Below are positions 35,888 to 43,582 of a stretch of DNA of 64,000 bases, in pieces. Where the stretch lies: the NCBI GenBank assembly GCA_040768845.1, contig JAXGME010000004.1, forward strand, positions 106,771-170,770. The letters are read 5' to 3'. Position 1 is the first letter of the stretch; the number at the start of each line of letters is the position of its first letter. Made by a program: the position numbers and the translations under genes. The notes under the pieces were generated by a model. The model saw only the letters and a program-made list of their open reading frames with translations, had not been told where the DNA came from and searched no databases. Source of the DNA: Christensenellales bacterium. Lineage in GTDB: Bacteria > Bacillota > Clostridia > Christensenellales > Aristaeellaceae.

Positions 35888-35906
35888 CTTTTTCGGGGGC
35901 AATTGC

Positions 35907-35943
35907 GCGGGGCGCGGCCGGGCGAAAGCCCGCCGCGCCCCGC
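35907..35943 (+). terminator. GC-rich stem-loop with a GAAA tetraloop downstream of the giant gene (possible terminator)
   Basis: GCGGGGCGCGGCCGGGC-GAAA-GCCCGCCGCGCCCCGC forms a 16-bp stem with a one-base bulge, starting 20 nt after the TAG. No clear U-tract follows. Confidence 0.45.
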
Positions 35944-36202
35944 CGTGCCCGGTGGGTGAATATTTGCATAAGGCCCGTAGTACGATGCTGGAAGCGGGGA
36001 GGGATGCACGCTGGAATACCAGGATTGAGCGGCCGCGGTTGAGACTGCCCGGACTTGCGGCATATCTATGGCAACGCCGCATAAGGGCGGACGGCGCAGA
36101 ATTTGGATTTATTAAAGCCGATCCGGGAAAAGCGCGGGTGGAATCCCGGAGAAGTCCTCGCCGCCCCTGCTGTCCAGCGGGTTTGGCAATCCTGCACGAT
36201 GG

Positions 36203-36236
36203 AAAAACGCCCGCCCGCTTGCGACGAAACGGGCGG
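36203..36236 (-). terminator. intrinsic terminator of the MerR-family gene
   Basis: On the minus strand, CCGCCCG-(12 nt)-CGGGCGG is followed by GCGTTTTTCC, 34 nt downstream of the merR-like stop. Confidence 0.5.
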
Positions 36237-36269
36237 AGAGGGGCGCGGAGGGTGCTGGAAAACAGGGAA

Positions 36270-36668
36270 TTACGCCGTGCCGGATCGGTCGCCCTGCGCC
36301 TTTTGATACTGCGCGTACTGGCGCGAGAAGAACTCAATCTTGCAGGCCACCTTGTCCAGATGGCGGTGCATTTCGTCAATCTGCGCCTCGACCTGTTTTT
36401 TGTGTTCGAGCAGAAGCTCGCACCGGCGCTTCAGCGTTCCGTCCCCTTCGAGGCTCAGGTCCACAAACTCCCGAATCTGCTTGATGGACATGCCGGTGTT
36501 CTTCAGGCATGTGATCAGGCCGATCCATTCCAGATCTTCGCCGGTGTAGCGGCGTATTCCGCTCGGGGTACGCCGGACGCTGGGCAGGAGCCCTTCCTTT
36601 TCATAAAACCGAAGCACCGTCGGACGGATATGCATCTTTTCCGATACCTGATGGATGGAGTACTCCAT
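36270..36668 (-). CDS. MerR-family transcriptional regulator (NmlR/AdhR-like)
   Basis: The N-terminal MerR HTH is YSIHQVSEKMHIRPTVLRFYEKEGLLPSVRRTPSGIRRYTGEDLEWIGLI. It is followed by TCLKNTGMSIKQIREF (Cys at residue 54) and a coiled-coil dimerisation helix. RBS AAGAGGTG. Confidence 0.9.
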   Translation of the reverse strand: MEYSIHQVSEKMHIRPTVLRFYEKEGLLPSVRRTPSGIRRYTGEDLEWIGLITCLKNTGMSIKQIREFVDLSLEGDGTLKRRCELLLEHKKQVEAQIDEMHRHLDKVACKIEFFSRQYAQYQKAQGDRSGTA

Positions 36669-36696
36669 ATTTACACCTCTTTTACACCGCCACGTA

Positions 36697-36727
36697 TTGA
36701 CTTGAAGTAAACTTTAAGCCTTATAAT
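36697..36727 (+). promoter_or_regulatory. MerR-type promoter: -35 TTGACT, 19-bp spacer containing an imperfect palindrome, -10 TATAAT
   Basis: TTGACT is at 36697-36702 and TATAAT at 36722-36727, so the spacer 36703-36721 is 19 bp. The dyad CTTGAAGT-aa-ACTTtAAG (36701-36718) has one mismatch. The promoter drives the aldo/keto reductase gene and is divergent from the merR-like gene. Confidence 0.75.
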
Positions 36728-36792
36728 GACATTGTAACAGGCGCCCTGTGCGCCGTCAAGCCGCACGATCGCATCAATGAGGAGGAGGATCC

Positions 36793-37644
36793 ATGAAATC
36801 TCTGACGGACGCCTATATTCTGAATAACGGGGTCAAGATTCCCTGTATTGGCTTTGGCACGTGGCAGACGCCGGATGGCGAAGTCGCGGTTTCCTCAGTC
36901 AAGGCGGCCATTGACGCGGGTTACCGCCATATCGACACCGCCGCCATCTATGGAAACGAGGAGGGCGTGGGCAAGGGCATTCGCCTGAGCGGCGTCAAGC
37001 GCGAAGAACTGTTCGTTACCACGAAACTGTGGAACACCGAGCACAGCTACGAGGCGGCGCTGAAGGCCTTTGATGTTTCGATGGACAAGCTGGGACTCGA
37101 ATACTTGGATCTGTATCTCATCCACTGGCCCAACCCGCCCATGTTCCGGGATCGCTGGCAGGAAGCCAACGCCGAAACCTGGAAGGCGCTGGAGGCGCTC
37201 TACACCGCCGGGCGCGTGCGCGCCATCGGCGTCAGCAACTTCCGCAGGCATCACATCGATGCGCTTCTCAAGACCGCCAAGGTCGTGCCCGCGGTCAACC
37301 AGATCCGCCTCTGCCCTGGCGAAACCCAGGACGACACGGTGGCGGCCAGCCGCGAGCATGGCATGATCCTCGAAGCCTACAGCCCGTTGGGCGTGGGCAG
37401 GATCTTCGAAGTGCCGGAGGTCAAGGCGCTGGCAGAGAAGTACGGAAAAACCGTCGCACAGGTGGTGATTCGCTGGAGCCTGGAGCGGGGCTACCTGCCG
37501 CTGCCCAAGTCCGTCACGCCGTCCCGCATCGCGGAGAACGCGGATGTGTTCGGCTTTGAGCTGGACGCCGAGGATGTGGCGCTTCTGGCCGGCATGGCCG
37601 GCGTCTGCGGGTTTTCCGCCGACCCGGACAAGACGGACTTCTAA
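36793..37644 (+). CDS. aldo/keto reductase (YvgN/YtbE/DkgA-like glyoxal or 2,5-diketogluconate reductase family)
   Basis: RBS GAGGAGGAGG. AKR signatures are present: GFGTWQ, GYRHIDTAAIYGNEEGVG, LFVTTKLWN, LDLYLIHWP, IGVSNF, LPKS. Confidence 0.92.
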   Translation: MKSLTDAYILNNGVKIPCIGFGTWQTPDGEVAVSSVKAAIDAGYRHIDTAAIYGNEEGVGKGIRLSGVKREELFVTTKLWNTEHSYEAALKAFDVSMDKLGLEYLDLYLIHWPNPPMFRDRWQEANAETWKALEALYTAGRVRAIGVSNFRRHHIDALLKTAKVVPAVNQIRLCPGETQDDTVAASREHGMILEAYSPLGVGRIFEVPEVKALAEKYGKTVAQVVIRWSLERGYLPLPKSVTPSRIAENADVFGFELDAEDVALLAGMAGVCGFSADPDKTDF

Positions 37645-37672
37645 CCAGAGTCGCCCTGGAGCATTCAAAAGG

Positions 37673-37706
37673 TGCGCCCCGCCCATTTGGGCGGGGCGCA
37701 TTTTCT
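37673..37706. terminator. bidirectional intrinsic terminator between the convergent AKR and metallopeptidase genes
   Basis: TGCGCCCCGCCC-ATTT-GGGCGGGGCGCA forms a perfect 12-bp stem. It is flanked by AAAA upstream and TTTTCT downstream. Confidence 0.85.
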
Positions 37707-37747
37707 GAATGGCGGCGCATCGGAAATACGGCGCGCGGTAGCCCCGG

Positions 37748-38116
37748 TCAGGGCTGGGACCGGTACAGGGCCATCTTTACCGCGTCGTCGATCTCCAGGT
37801 CGCGCTCTCCGGCCATGGATTCCAAGTGGTGGGTCAGTTCGTGGTGGAGCACCGACCGCAGCGCCGACCGCAGCCGCTCCGGCGTCAAATCGCCGTGAAT
37901 GCGCAGGATTGATCCGTAGTAGATCACCACCGTGCGGCCCATGGCGCGGCTGGTTGAGTATTCGCCCAGGATGTACAGATCGCCCGCGCGGGCCTCGGGG
38001 CTGAGCTTGGCCTCGGGCAGAAGCAGCACGCCGCCGTTCAGCCGGGTGAAAATCGCCTCCGGAAGCTCGGAGATCAGTTCGTCCAGCATGTCCCGGGCCT
38101 GGGCAAGCGGAATCAT
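37748..38116 (-). CDS. zincin-like metallopeptidase family protein (DUF1025-type)
   Basis: ATG 38116-38114 overlaps the upstream TGA (ATGA). The HExxH motif occurs in SVLHHELTHHLES. The small acidic protein is typical of this family. Confidence 0.75.
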   Translation of the reverse strand: MIPLAQARDMLDELISELPEAIFTRLNGGVLLLPEAKLSPEARAGDLYILGEYSTSRAMGRTVVIYYGSILRIHGDLTPERLRSALRSVLHHELTHHLESMAGERDLEIDDAVKMALYRSQP

Positions 38117-39081
38117 CAGGCCCACCACATCTCGGCGGTGCCCTCGAAGATCATCACGTTCTTCAGCATTTCAATGGCCTTTTGCAGGCCCTCGCTCTGG
38201 GACATCAGGCTGTCCTCGTGTTCAATGGAAATGGCGCCGTCGTAGCCCACCATGCGCAGCGCGCTCATCATGTCCTTCCACACCTGATGGTTGTGACCGT
38301 ACCCTACGGAGCGGAAGATCCAGGAGCGGTTGATCTCATCGGCGTAGTGCTTCGTATCCAGCACGCCGGTCACGGCGGTGTTGTACGGATCAATCTTGGT
38401 GTCCTTCGCGTGGAAGAAGTAGATTGCCCTGCCCAGCTTCCTGATGGCGGCCACCGGGTCGATGCCCTGCCAGAACAGATGGCTGGGGTCCAGGTTGGCG
38501 CCGATGATGTCGCCCACCGCTTCGCGGATGCGAAGCAGCGAATCCGGATTGTACACGCAGAAGCCCGGGTGCATTTCAAAGGCGATCTTCTTGACGCCGT
38601 GGGCCTTGACAAACTCGACTTCCTTCTTCCAGTAGGGGATAAGCACCTGCTCCCACTGATATTTCAGGATGTCGGAAAAATCGTCCGGCCAAGGGCAGGT
38701 GACCCAGTTGGGCGTCCTGTCCTCCGGAGAACCGCCCGGGCAGCCGGAAAAGGTGACGACGGTGTCCACGCCCAGCTTTTCCGCCAGCAGCACCGCGTCC
38801 TCAAAGTCCTCGTGGAACCGCTGCGCCACCGCCTTGTCCGGATGCACAGGGTTTCCGTGGGTGGACAGCGCCGCGATTTCCAGATCGTACTTTTTGAGGG
38901 TCTCGGTGAACTTGCGCAGCTTCTCGGCGTCGGCCAGCAGCTCGCGCGGATTGCAGTGCGCCTTGCCGGGAAAGCCGCCGCAGCCGATTTCCACCGCCTG
39001 AACGCCGGACTCCGCCAGATACCTCAGCGCATCGTCAAGGGGACGGTCCTGCAATACGACGGCAAACACACTCAGCTTCAT
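38116..39081 (-). CDS. sugar phosphate isomerase/epimerase (xylose-isomerase-like TIM barrel)
   Basis: The start is ATG 39081 (MKLSVFAVVLQD...), preceded by AAGGAGG. The sequence ...AVEIGCGGFPGKAHC...LEIAALSTHGNPVHPD...FEMHPG...SIEHED is characteristic of the AP_endonuc_2/IolE-like fold. Confidence 0.85.
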   Translation of the reverse strand: MKLSVFAVVLQDRPLDDALRYLAESGVQAVEIGCGGFPGKAHCNPRELLADAEKLRKFTETLKKYDLEIAALSTHGNPVHPDKAVAQRFHEDFEDAVLLAEKLGVDTVVTFSGCPGGSPEDRTPNWVTCPWPDDFSDILKYQWEQVLIPYWKKEVEFVKAHGVKKIAFEMHPGFCVYNPDSLLRIREAVGDIIGANLDPSHLFWQGIDPVAAIRKLGRAIYFFHAKDTKIDPYNTAVTGVLDTKHYADEINRSWIFRSVGYGHNHQVWKDMMSALRMVGYDGAISIEHEDSLMSQSEGLQKAIEMLKNVMIFEGTAEMWWA

Positions 39082-39120
39082 GAGAGACCTCCTTGTCATC
39101 CTTAATACCTCGCAGATACT

Positions 39121-39148
39121 ATTATATACGATTGGGCGGCCCTGTCAA
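39121..39148 (-). promoter_or_regulatory. near-consensus sigma-A promoter of the isomerase operon (-35 TTGACA, 16-bp spacer, -10 TATAAT)
   Basis: On the minus strand, TTGACA is at 39148-39143 and TATAAT at 39126-39121. Confidence 0.65.
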
Positions 39149-39156
39149 TCGCGTCA

Positions 39157-39168
39157 GGAAACGTTTCC
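39157..39168. promoter_or_regulatory. perfect 12-bp palindrome GGAAACGTTTCC (LacI/GalR-family or cre-like operator candidate)
   Basis: An exact dyad with an AAACGTTT core and central CG lies between the two divergent promoters, 8 nt upstream of the minus-strand -35. Confidence 0.5.
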
Positions 39169-39201
39169 GAAATTCGCCGCGCGGGGCCGTGCCAGCCCGG
39201 C

Positions 39202-39230
39202 TTGCACAATATGCCCGCGGGCGGTATAAT
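39202..39230 (+). promoter_or_regulatory. sigma-A promoter of the membrane-protein gene (-35 TTGCAC, 17-bp spacer, -10 TATAAT)
   Basis: TTGCAC is at 39202-39207 and TATAAT at 39225-39230, about 30 nt upstream of GGAGG and ATG 39261. Confidence 0.65.
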
Positions 39231-39260
39231 GGTCTGGATCACTCGGCTTCGGAGGTTCGG

Positions 39261-41225
39261 ATGGGTTTTTGGGTGCTGGCGGCGTTTCTGGGTTTGGGCG
39301 TGGTGGCGGCGGAGGGGCTGTTTTGCGACAGACCGCGCGCCACGCGGCTGTACCTTGGGCTGACGATGGGGCTCATCATGATGATGTGGCTGCCGTCTCT
39401 GTGGGCGTTTGCGTTCCAATTCACCAAAGCCGCCCAGTGGTGGGCGCTGGGGAGCGCGGGGGTGATCTCCGCCGCGCTGTACTTGTCCTCGAGGCCCTGG
39501 CGCGCGGGGCGGCCCCGCCAGACCGGCATGCCCTCCGGGCTGATGCTGCTGATTGTCCCGCTGTTTTTCTTTTCTTTCTACCTTCAATACACCCATATCC
39601 TCAGGCCGGTCGATGGTGCGATGAACGTGGGTCAATCCACCTATGGCGATCTCAGCCTGCACCTGGGCATTGCCACGGGGCTTCGGAACGCGGCCTATCC
39701 GCCGGAATACACGCTGCTCCCCGGCACCATGCTGGGGTACCCGTTTTTATCGGACGCGATGGTGACGACGATGTTGCTCTTCGGCGCTCCGCTCCGCTGG
39801 GCGTTCATCGTGACGGGCACGCTGATGATGGGGCTGGTGTACTGGGGATTTCTGCTGCTCTCGTGGGAGCTGACGGGGAGCCGCCGGGCGACGGCGATCG
39901 CGTTTTTTCTGATGTTTCTTAACGGCGGACTGGGCTTTTTCTACACCTTTGACGGCGCCTTCCGGACCGGGTGGTCGGGGCTTAAAAACGCGCTTTTCGG
40001 TTTTTATCAGACGCCCACCAACATGCCGGATCTCAACCTGCGCTGGGTCAACGTGATCGCGGACCTGATGATCCCCCAGCGCACGCTGCTGGCGGGATGG
40101 ACGGTGGTGATCCCCGCGCTGATGCTGCTGGCGCAAGCGGTCAACCGTCGTGTGGTGACCACGCTGAAGGGAGAGGACGGGCCGATTTCCATCACGACCC
40201 GGCAGGACGGAACCATCCGGGACTATGCAGTTCTGGGCGTCTGGGCCGGGCTGATGCCCATGATTCACACCCATTCCTTTCTGGCGCTGGGGCTTGTCAG
40301 CCTGGGTGAGATGGGGTATCTCATGGCAAAGACCGGGCAGAAGGCCGCGGTGTTCAGGCGGTTTGCCCTCTACGGCGCGCTGGCGCTGGCGCTGGCGCTG
40401 GCGCAGCTGATCACCTGGACGTTCCCGCAGGCGACGGGCGGCGGATCGCTGAAGCTCCACTTCAACTGGGTCAACAACGATGGCGGGCTGATTGACGGCT
40501 GGCTGTGGTTCTGGGTCAAGAACGTCGGGCCGGTGTTTCTTTTGTTCCTGCCGGCGGCGCTGTCGGGCGGGCGGCGGGTCCGGGCGCTGTCCGTCGGCGC
40601 GCTGGCGGTCTTTGTCGCGGCGGAGATGGTCCTCTTTCAGCCCAACCCCTACGACAACAACAAGCTGTTCTACGTGGCCTTTATCCTGATGCTGCCGGTG
40701 GCGGCGGCCTATGTGGAGAAAATTTGGGACCGGCTCTCCGGCGTCCGGGGCCGCGCGCTGCTTCTGGGGGCGTTTATGGTCGTTTCCACGCTGTCGGGCG
40801 TGGTGACCCTCGCGCGGGAGGCGATTTCGGACTACGAGCTCTTCGGCGCGGACCAGGTTGAAGCCGCCGGCGCCATCGAGGCGGGCGCACCGGAAGACGC
40901 GGTGTTTTTGACCGGCGGGCAGCACAACAACCCCGTGGCGGCGCTGGCGGGCCGGAGACTGGTCTGCGGCACAGGCACGTATCTCTACTTCCACGGCGTG
41001 GACTATAGCCGTCAGCAGCAGGCCGCGCGATCCATGTACGAAGCGCCCGCGGCGTCCGCCGCGCTCTTTGCGCGGTACGGCGTGGATTATATCTACGTCT
41101 CCGGCTACGAGCGTTCGGACTACGCCGTCGACGAGGATTATTTCCGCGCGCACTATCCGGTGTGGTTTGAAAATGGCGGGGTGACGGTCTACGCCGTGTC
41201 CGCCCGGGCGCGCGGGGCCGGCTAA
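39261..41225 (+). CDS. polytopic integral membrane protein, possibly a GT-C-fold glycosyltransferase (function uncertain)
   Basis: ATG 39261 follows GGAGG. Its 654 aa contain many hydrophobic helices and a C-terminal soluble part. The general layout resembles ArnT/PMT/DUF2298-type enzymes, but I recognise no diagnostic motif. Confidence 0.8.
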   Translation: MGFWVLAAFLGLGVVAAEGLFCDRPRATRLYLGLTMGLIMMMWLPSLWAFAFQFTKAAQWWALGSAGVISAALYLSSRPWRAGRPRQTGMPSGLMLLIVPLFFFSFYLQYTHILRPVDGAMNVGQSTYGDLSLHLGIATGLRNAAYPPEYTLLPGTMLGYPFLSDAMVTTMLLFGAPLRWAFIVTGTLMMGLVYWGFLLLSWELTGSRRATAIAFFLMFLNGGLGFFYTFDGAFRTGWSGLKNALFGFYQTPTNMPDLNLRWVNVIADLMIPQRTLLAGWTVVIPALMLLAQAVNRRVVTTLKGEDGPISITTRQDGTIRDYAVLGVWAGLMPMIHTHSFLALGLVSLGEMGYLMAKTGQKAAVFRRFALYGALALALALAQLITWTFPQATGGGSLKLHFNWVNNDGGLIDGWLWFWVKNVGPVFLLFLPAALSGGRRVRALSVGALAVFVAAEMVLFQPNPYDNNKLFYVAFILMLPVAAAYVEKIWDRLSGVRGRALLLGAFMVVSTLSGVVTLAREAISDYELFGADQVEAAGAIEAGAPEDAVFLTGGQHNNPVAALAGRRLVCGTGTYLYFHGVDYSRQQQAARSMYEAPAASAALFARYGVDYIYVSGYERSDYAVDEDYFRAHYPVWFENGGVTVYAVSARARGAG

Positions 41226-41329
41226 TTTTGCCCGCTCCCGGGCAACTTTCGCCCGGCTCCCTTCGTCCTATTACCGAAAGAAATGGAAAAACAGGGAACG
41301 CTCACGCAACCAAGCGGGGAGGATTCGAT

Positions 41330-43486
41330 ATGCGCACGACCAAATGGATCAAATGGGCGGCGGTCGGGCTTTTGGCGGCCCTTCTGGCCGGCTGCTCGTC
41401 GACGCCCGACAGCGTGGAAGACCCGCTGTCCTTTGACGTCGATGCGCAGCTGCCCTTTGTGACCGCCGCGCCGGAGGCGGTGGCCGAAACGCCGACGCCC
41501 CAGCCCACCGCACCCTGGGATACCTCCGCGCCCACGCAGGACTGGCAGAACGACCATTCCGCAGACCTGGGCGATCCCTCGACGGACAATGTCAACGACA
41601 CCACCGTGGTCTATCAGCAGCTCTCCACCGGGGACAGCGGATCGGATGTCGAAAAGCTTCAGCAGCGGCTCAAGGAGCTGAAATACTATACCGGCGCGGT
41701 GGACGGCCGCTACGGCTCGTCCATGACCACCGCGGTCAAGCGGTTCCAGTCCGCGCTGGGTCTGGATACCACCGGCATCGCCACCGCGAACCTGCAGCGG
41801 ATGATCTACTCCTCCGCCGCGCCCACCTACACCGGCAATTCCTTTACCGACACCGACAACACCATCTCCTTCGGCGACACCGACGATCAGGACTACGGAG
41901 CGACGCCCACGAAGAAGCCCTCGTCGTCGAGTTCTTCCGGCTCGTCGTCCGGTTCATCTTCTTCCGGATCGTCTTCCAGCAGTTCCGGTTACGTTTCCCT
42001 CAGCTACGGCGACACCGGCACCAGGGTTCGCAACCTTCAGTCCAGCCTGAAGACGCTGGGCTACTACAACGGCGCCGTGGACGGCGTGTACGGCTCGGGT
42101 ACTGTGGCCGCGGTGAAGCGGTTTGAAAAAGCCTACGGCAAGACGCAGACGGGCATCGCCACGGCGGCGCTGCAGACCAAGCTCTTCTCCGGCGATGCCA
42201 AGCGGTACGCGGAGCCCACGCCCGCGCCGGCGCAGGGGACCTCCTACGAGACGCTGTCGCCCGGCGACACGGGCACCCGCGTCAAGCAGCTTCAGCAGCG
42301 GCTGAAGGAGCTGGGCTACTTCACCGCCAACGTCGGCGGCAACTACCTTACCGAGACCACCAAGGCCGTCAAGTCCTTCCAGGATGCGCTGGGTCTGGAA
42401 ACCACGGGCGTGGCCACCGCTTCGCTGCAGCGCAAGCTCTTTGCCTCCAGCGCCCCGGCCAATACCCGGAATACCGCCAGCTATGTGAAGCTTCAAAAGA
42501 ACGATACCGGCGCATGGGTGACCGCGCTGCAGAACCGGCTGAAGGAACTGGGCTACCTGAGAAGCTCCGTCGACGGCGTGTACGGCTCCTCCACGGCCGC
42601 CGCGGTCAAGCTGTTTGAGCAGGTCTATGGCAAGACGCAGACGGGCGTGGCCACCGTGTCGCTGCAAAAGACGCTCTACTCCGGCGACGCCAAGCCCTAC
42701 ACCAAGCCGACGCCCACCCCGGAGCCGGAGTACATCGAGCTCCGCCAGGGCGACAAGGGTCTTCGCGTGATGGCGCTGCAGAACCGCCTGATGCAGCTGG
42801 GCTATTTCTCCGGCGATGTGGACGGCGACTACGGATCCTCCACCGCCAGCGCCATCAGGCGCTTTGAAAAGGCCTATGGCAAGAAGCAGACGGGCGTGGC
42901 CACCGTGTCGCTGCAAAAGACGCTGTTCTCCGATTCCGCCAAGCCCTACGAGGGGTCCGTGACGGCGACTCCGGAGCCGGAGTATGTATCGCTCAAGCCG
43001 GGCGACAGCGGTTCCCGCGTGAAAAAGCTGCAGACCCGCCTCAAGGAGCTGGGCTACTTCAGCGGCAACATCGGCGGCAATTACGGCGAACTGACCACCG
43101 CGGCGGTCAAGCGCTTCCAGAAGAAGATCGGCGCGAATCAGACGGGCAAGGCCACCATCGCTTTGCAGGAGAAGCTCTTTGCCGACGACGCGCCCGCCTA
43201 CAAATCCTCCGGCGACTCGGACCCGGATACCGGAACGACCCTCAAGGTGGGCTCCACCGGCGAGCAGGTGAAACTTTTGCAGAACCGGCTGATGGAGCTG
43301 GGGTACCTGTCGGAGGACAATATATCGCTGGGAAAGTATGAAAAGTCCACCCGCAACGCGGTGATCGACGCCCAGCTCGCCCGGGGCTACGAATCCGACG
43401 GCACCGCCGATGCCAATTTCCTGGCCTATATCTACTCGGATGAGGCGTTCGACTACATCGCCGCCGAGGAGGAGGAGGGCGGCTGA
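41330..43486 (+). CDS. lipoprotein with seven peptidoglycan-binding (PG_binding_1-like) repeats and a poly-Ser linker
   Basis: ATG 41330 follows GGGGAGG. The lipobox is LLAGC. There are seven copies of G[DS][ST]G..V..LQ.RL..LGY....VDG.YG..T..AVK.FQ...G...TG.A, plus KKPSSSSSSGSSSGSSSSGSSSSSSG. Confidence 0.88.
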   Translation: MRTTKWIKWAAVGLLAALLAGCSSTPDSVEDPLSFDVDAQLPFVTAAPEAVAETPTPQPTAPWDTSAPTQDWQNDHSADLGDPSTDNVNDTTVVYQQLSTGDSGSDVEKLQQRLKELKYYTGAVDGRYGSSMTTAVKRFQSALGLDTTGIATANLQRMIYSSAAPTYTGNSFTDTDNTISFGDTDDQDYGATPTKKPSSSSSSGSSSGSSSSGSSSSSSGYVSLSYGDTGTRVRNLQSSLKTLGYYNGAVDGVYGSGTVAAVKRFEKAYGKTQTGIATAALQTKLFSGDAKRYAEPTPAPAQGTSYETLSPGDTGTRVKQLQQRLKELGYFTANVGGNYLTETTKAVKSFQDALGLETTGVATASLQRKLFASSAPANTRNTASYVKLQKNDTGAWVTALQNRLKELGYLRSSVDGVYGSSTAAAVKLFEQVYGKTQTGVATVSLQKTLYSGDAKPYTKPTPTPEPEYIELRQGDKGLRVMALQNRLMQLGYFSGDVDGDYGSSTASAIRRFEKAYGKKQTGVATVSLQKTLFSDSAKPYEGSVTATPEPEYVSLKPGDSGSRVKKLQTRLKELGYFSGNIGGNYGELTTAAVKRFQKKIGANQTGKATIALQEKLFADDAPAYKSSGDSDPDTGTTLKVGSTGEQVKLLQNRLMELGYLSEDNISLGKYEKSTRNAVIDAQLARGYESDGTADANFLAYIYSDEAFDYIAAEEEEGG

Positions 43487-43514
43487 GCCCTTTCTCCGGA
43501 AAGTCCGCCCTTTG

Positions 43515-43541
43515 ACCGCCCGCTTCTGCGGGCGGTTTTTT
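43515..43541 (+). terminator. intrinsic terminator after the PG-binding lipoprotein gene
   Basis: ACCGCCCGC-TTCT-GCGGGCGGT is followed by TTTTTT. Confidence 0.85.
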
Positions 43542-43553
43542 GATGCCGCCATG

Positions 43554-43582
43554 TTGCCGGAAATCGCGCCGTATGATAAAAT
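43554..43582 (+). promoter_or_regulatory. promoter of the corA-like gene (-35 TTGCCG, 17-bp spacer, extended -10 TGaTAAAAT)
   Basis: TTGCCG is at 43554-43559, the TG at 43574-43575 and TAAAAT at 43577-43582. Confidence 0.55.

Noticed and set aside
30520-35887. A CdiA-like or polymorphic-toxin interpretation: FhaB-like repeats followed by a variable C-terminal toxin and an immunity gene.
   Set aside because: I saw no VENN/LXG/PT-type demarcation. The C-terminal segment resembles a transposase core rather than a toxin. No small immunity-like ORF follows; only a 382-bp non-coding gap does.
35826-36710. A 294-aa plus-strand ORF spanning the gap after the giant gene and running antisense through the merR-like gene.
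   Set aside because: It is Arg-rich and has no RBS. It overlaps two terminator hairpins and a well-supported MerR gene on the other strand.
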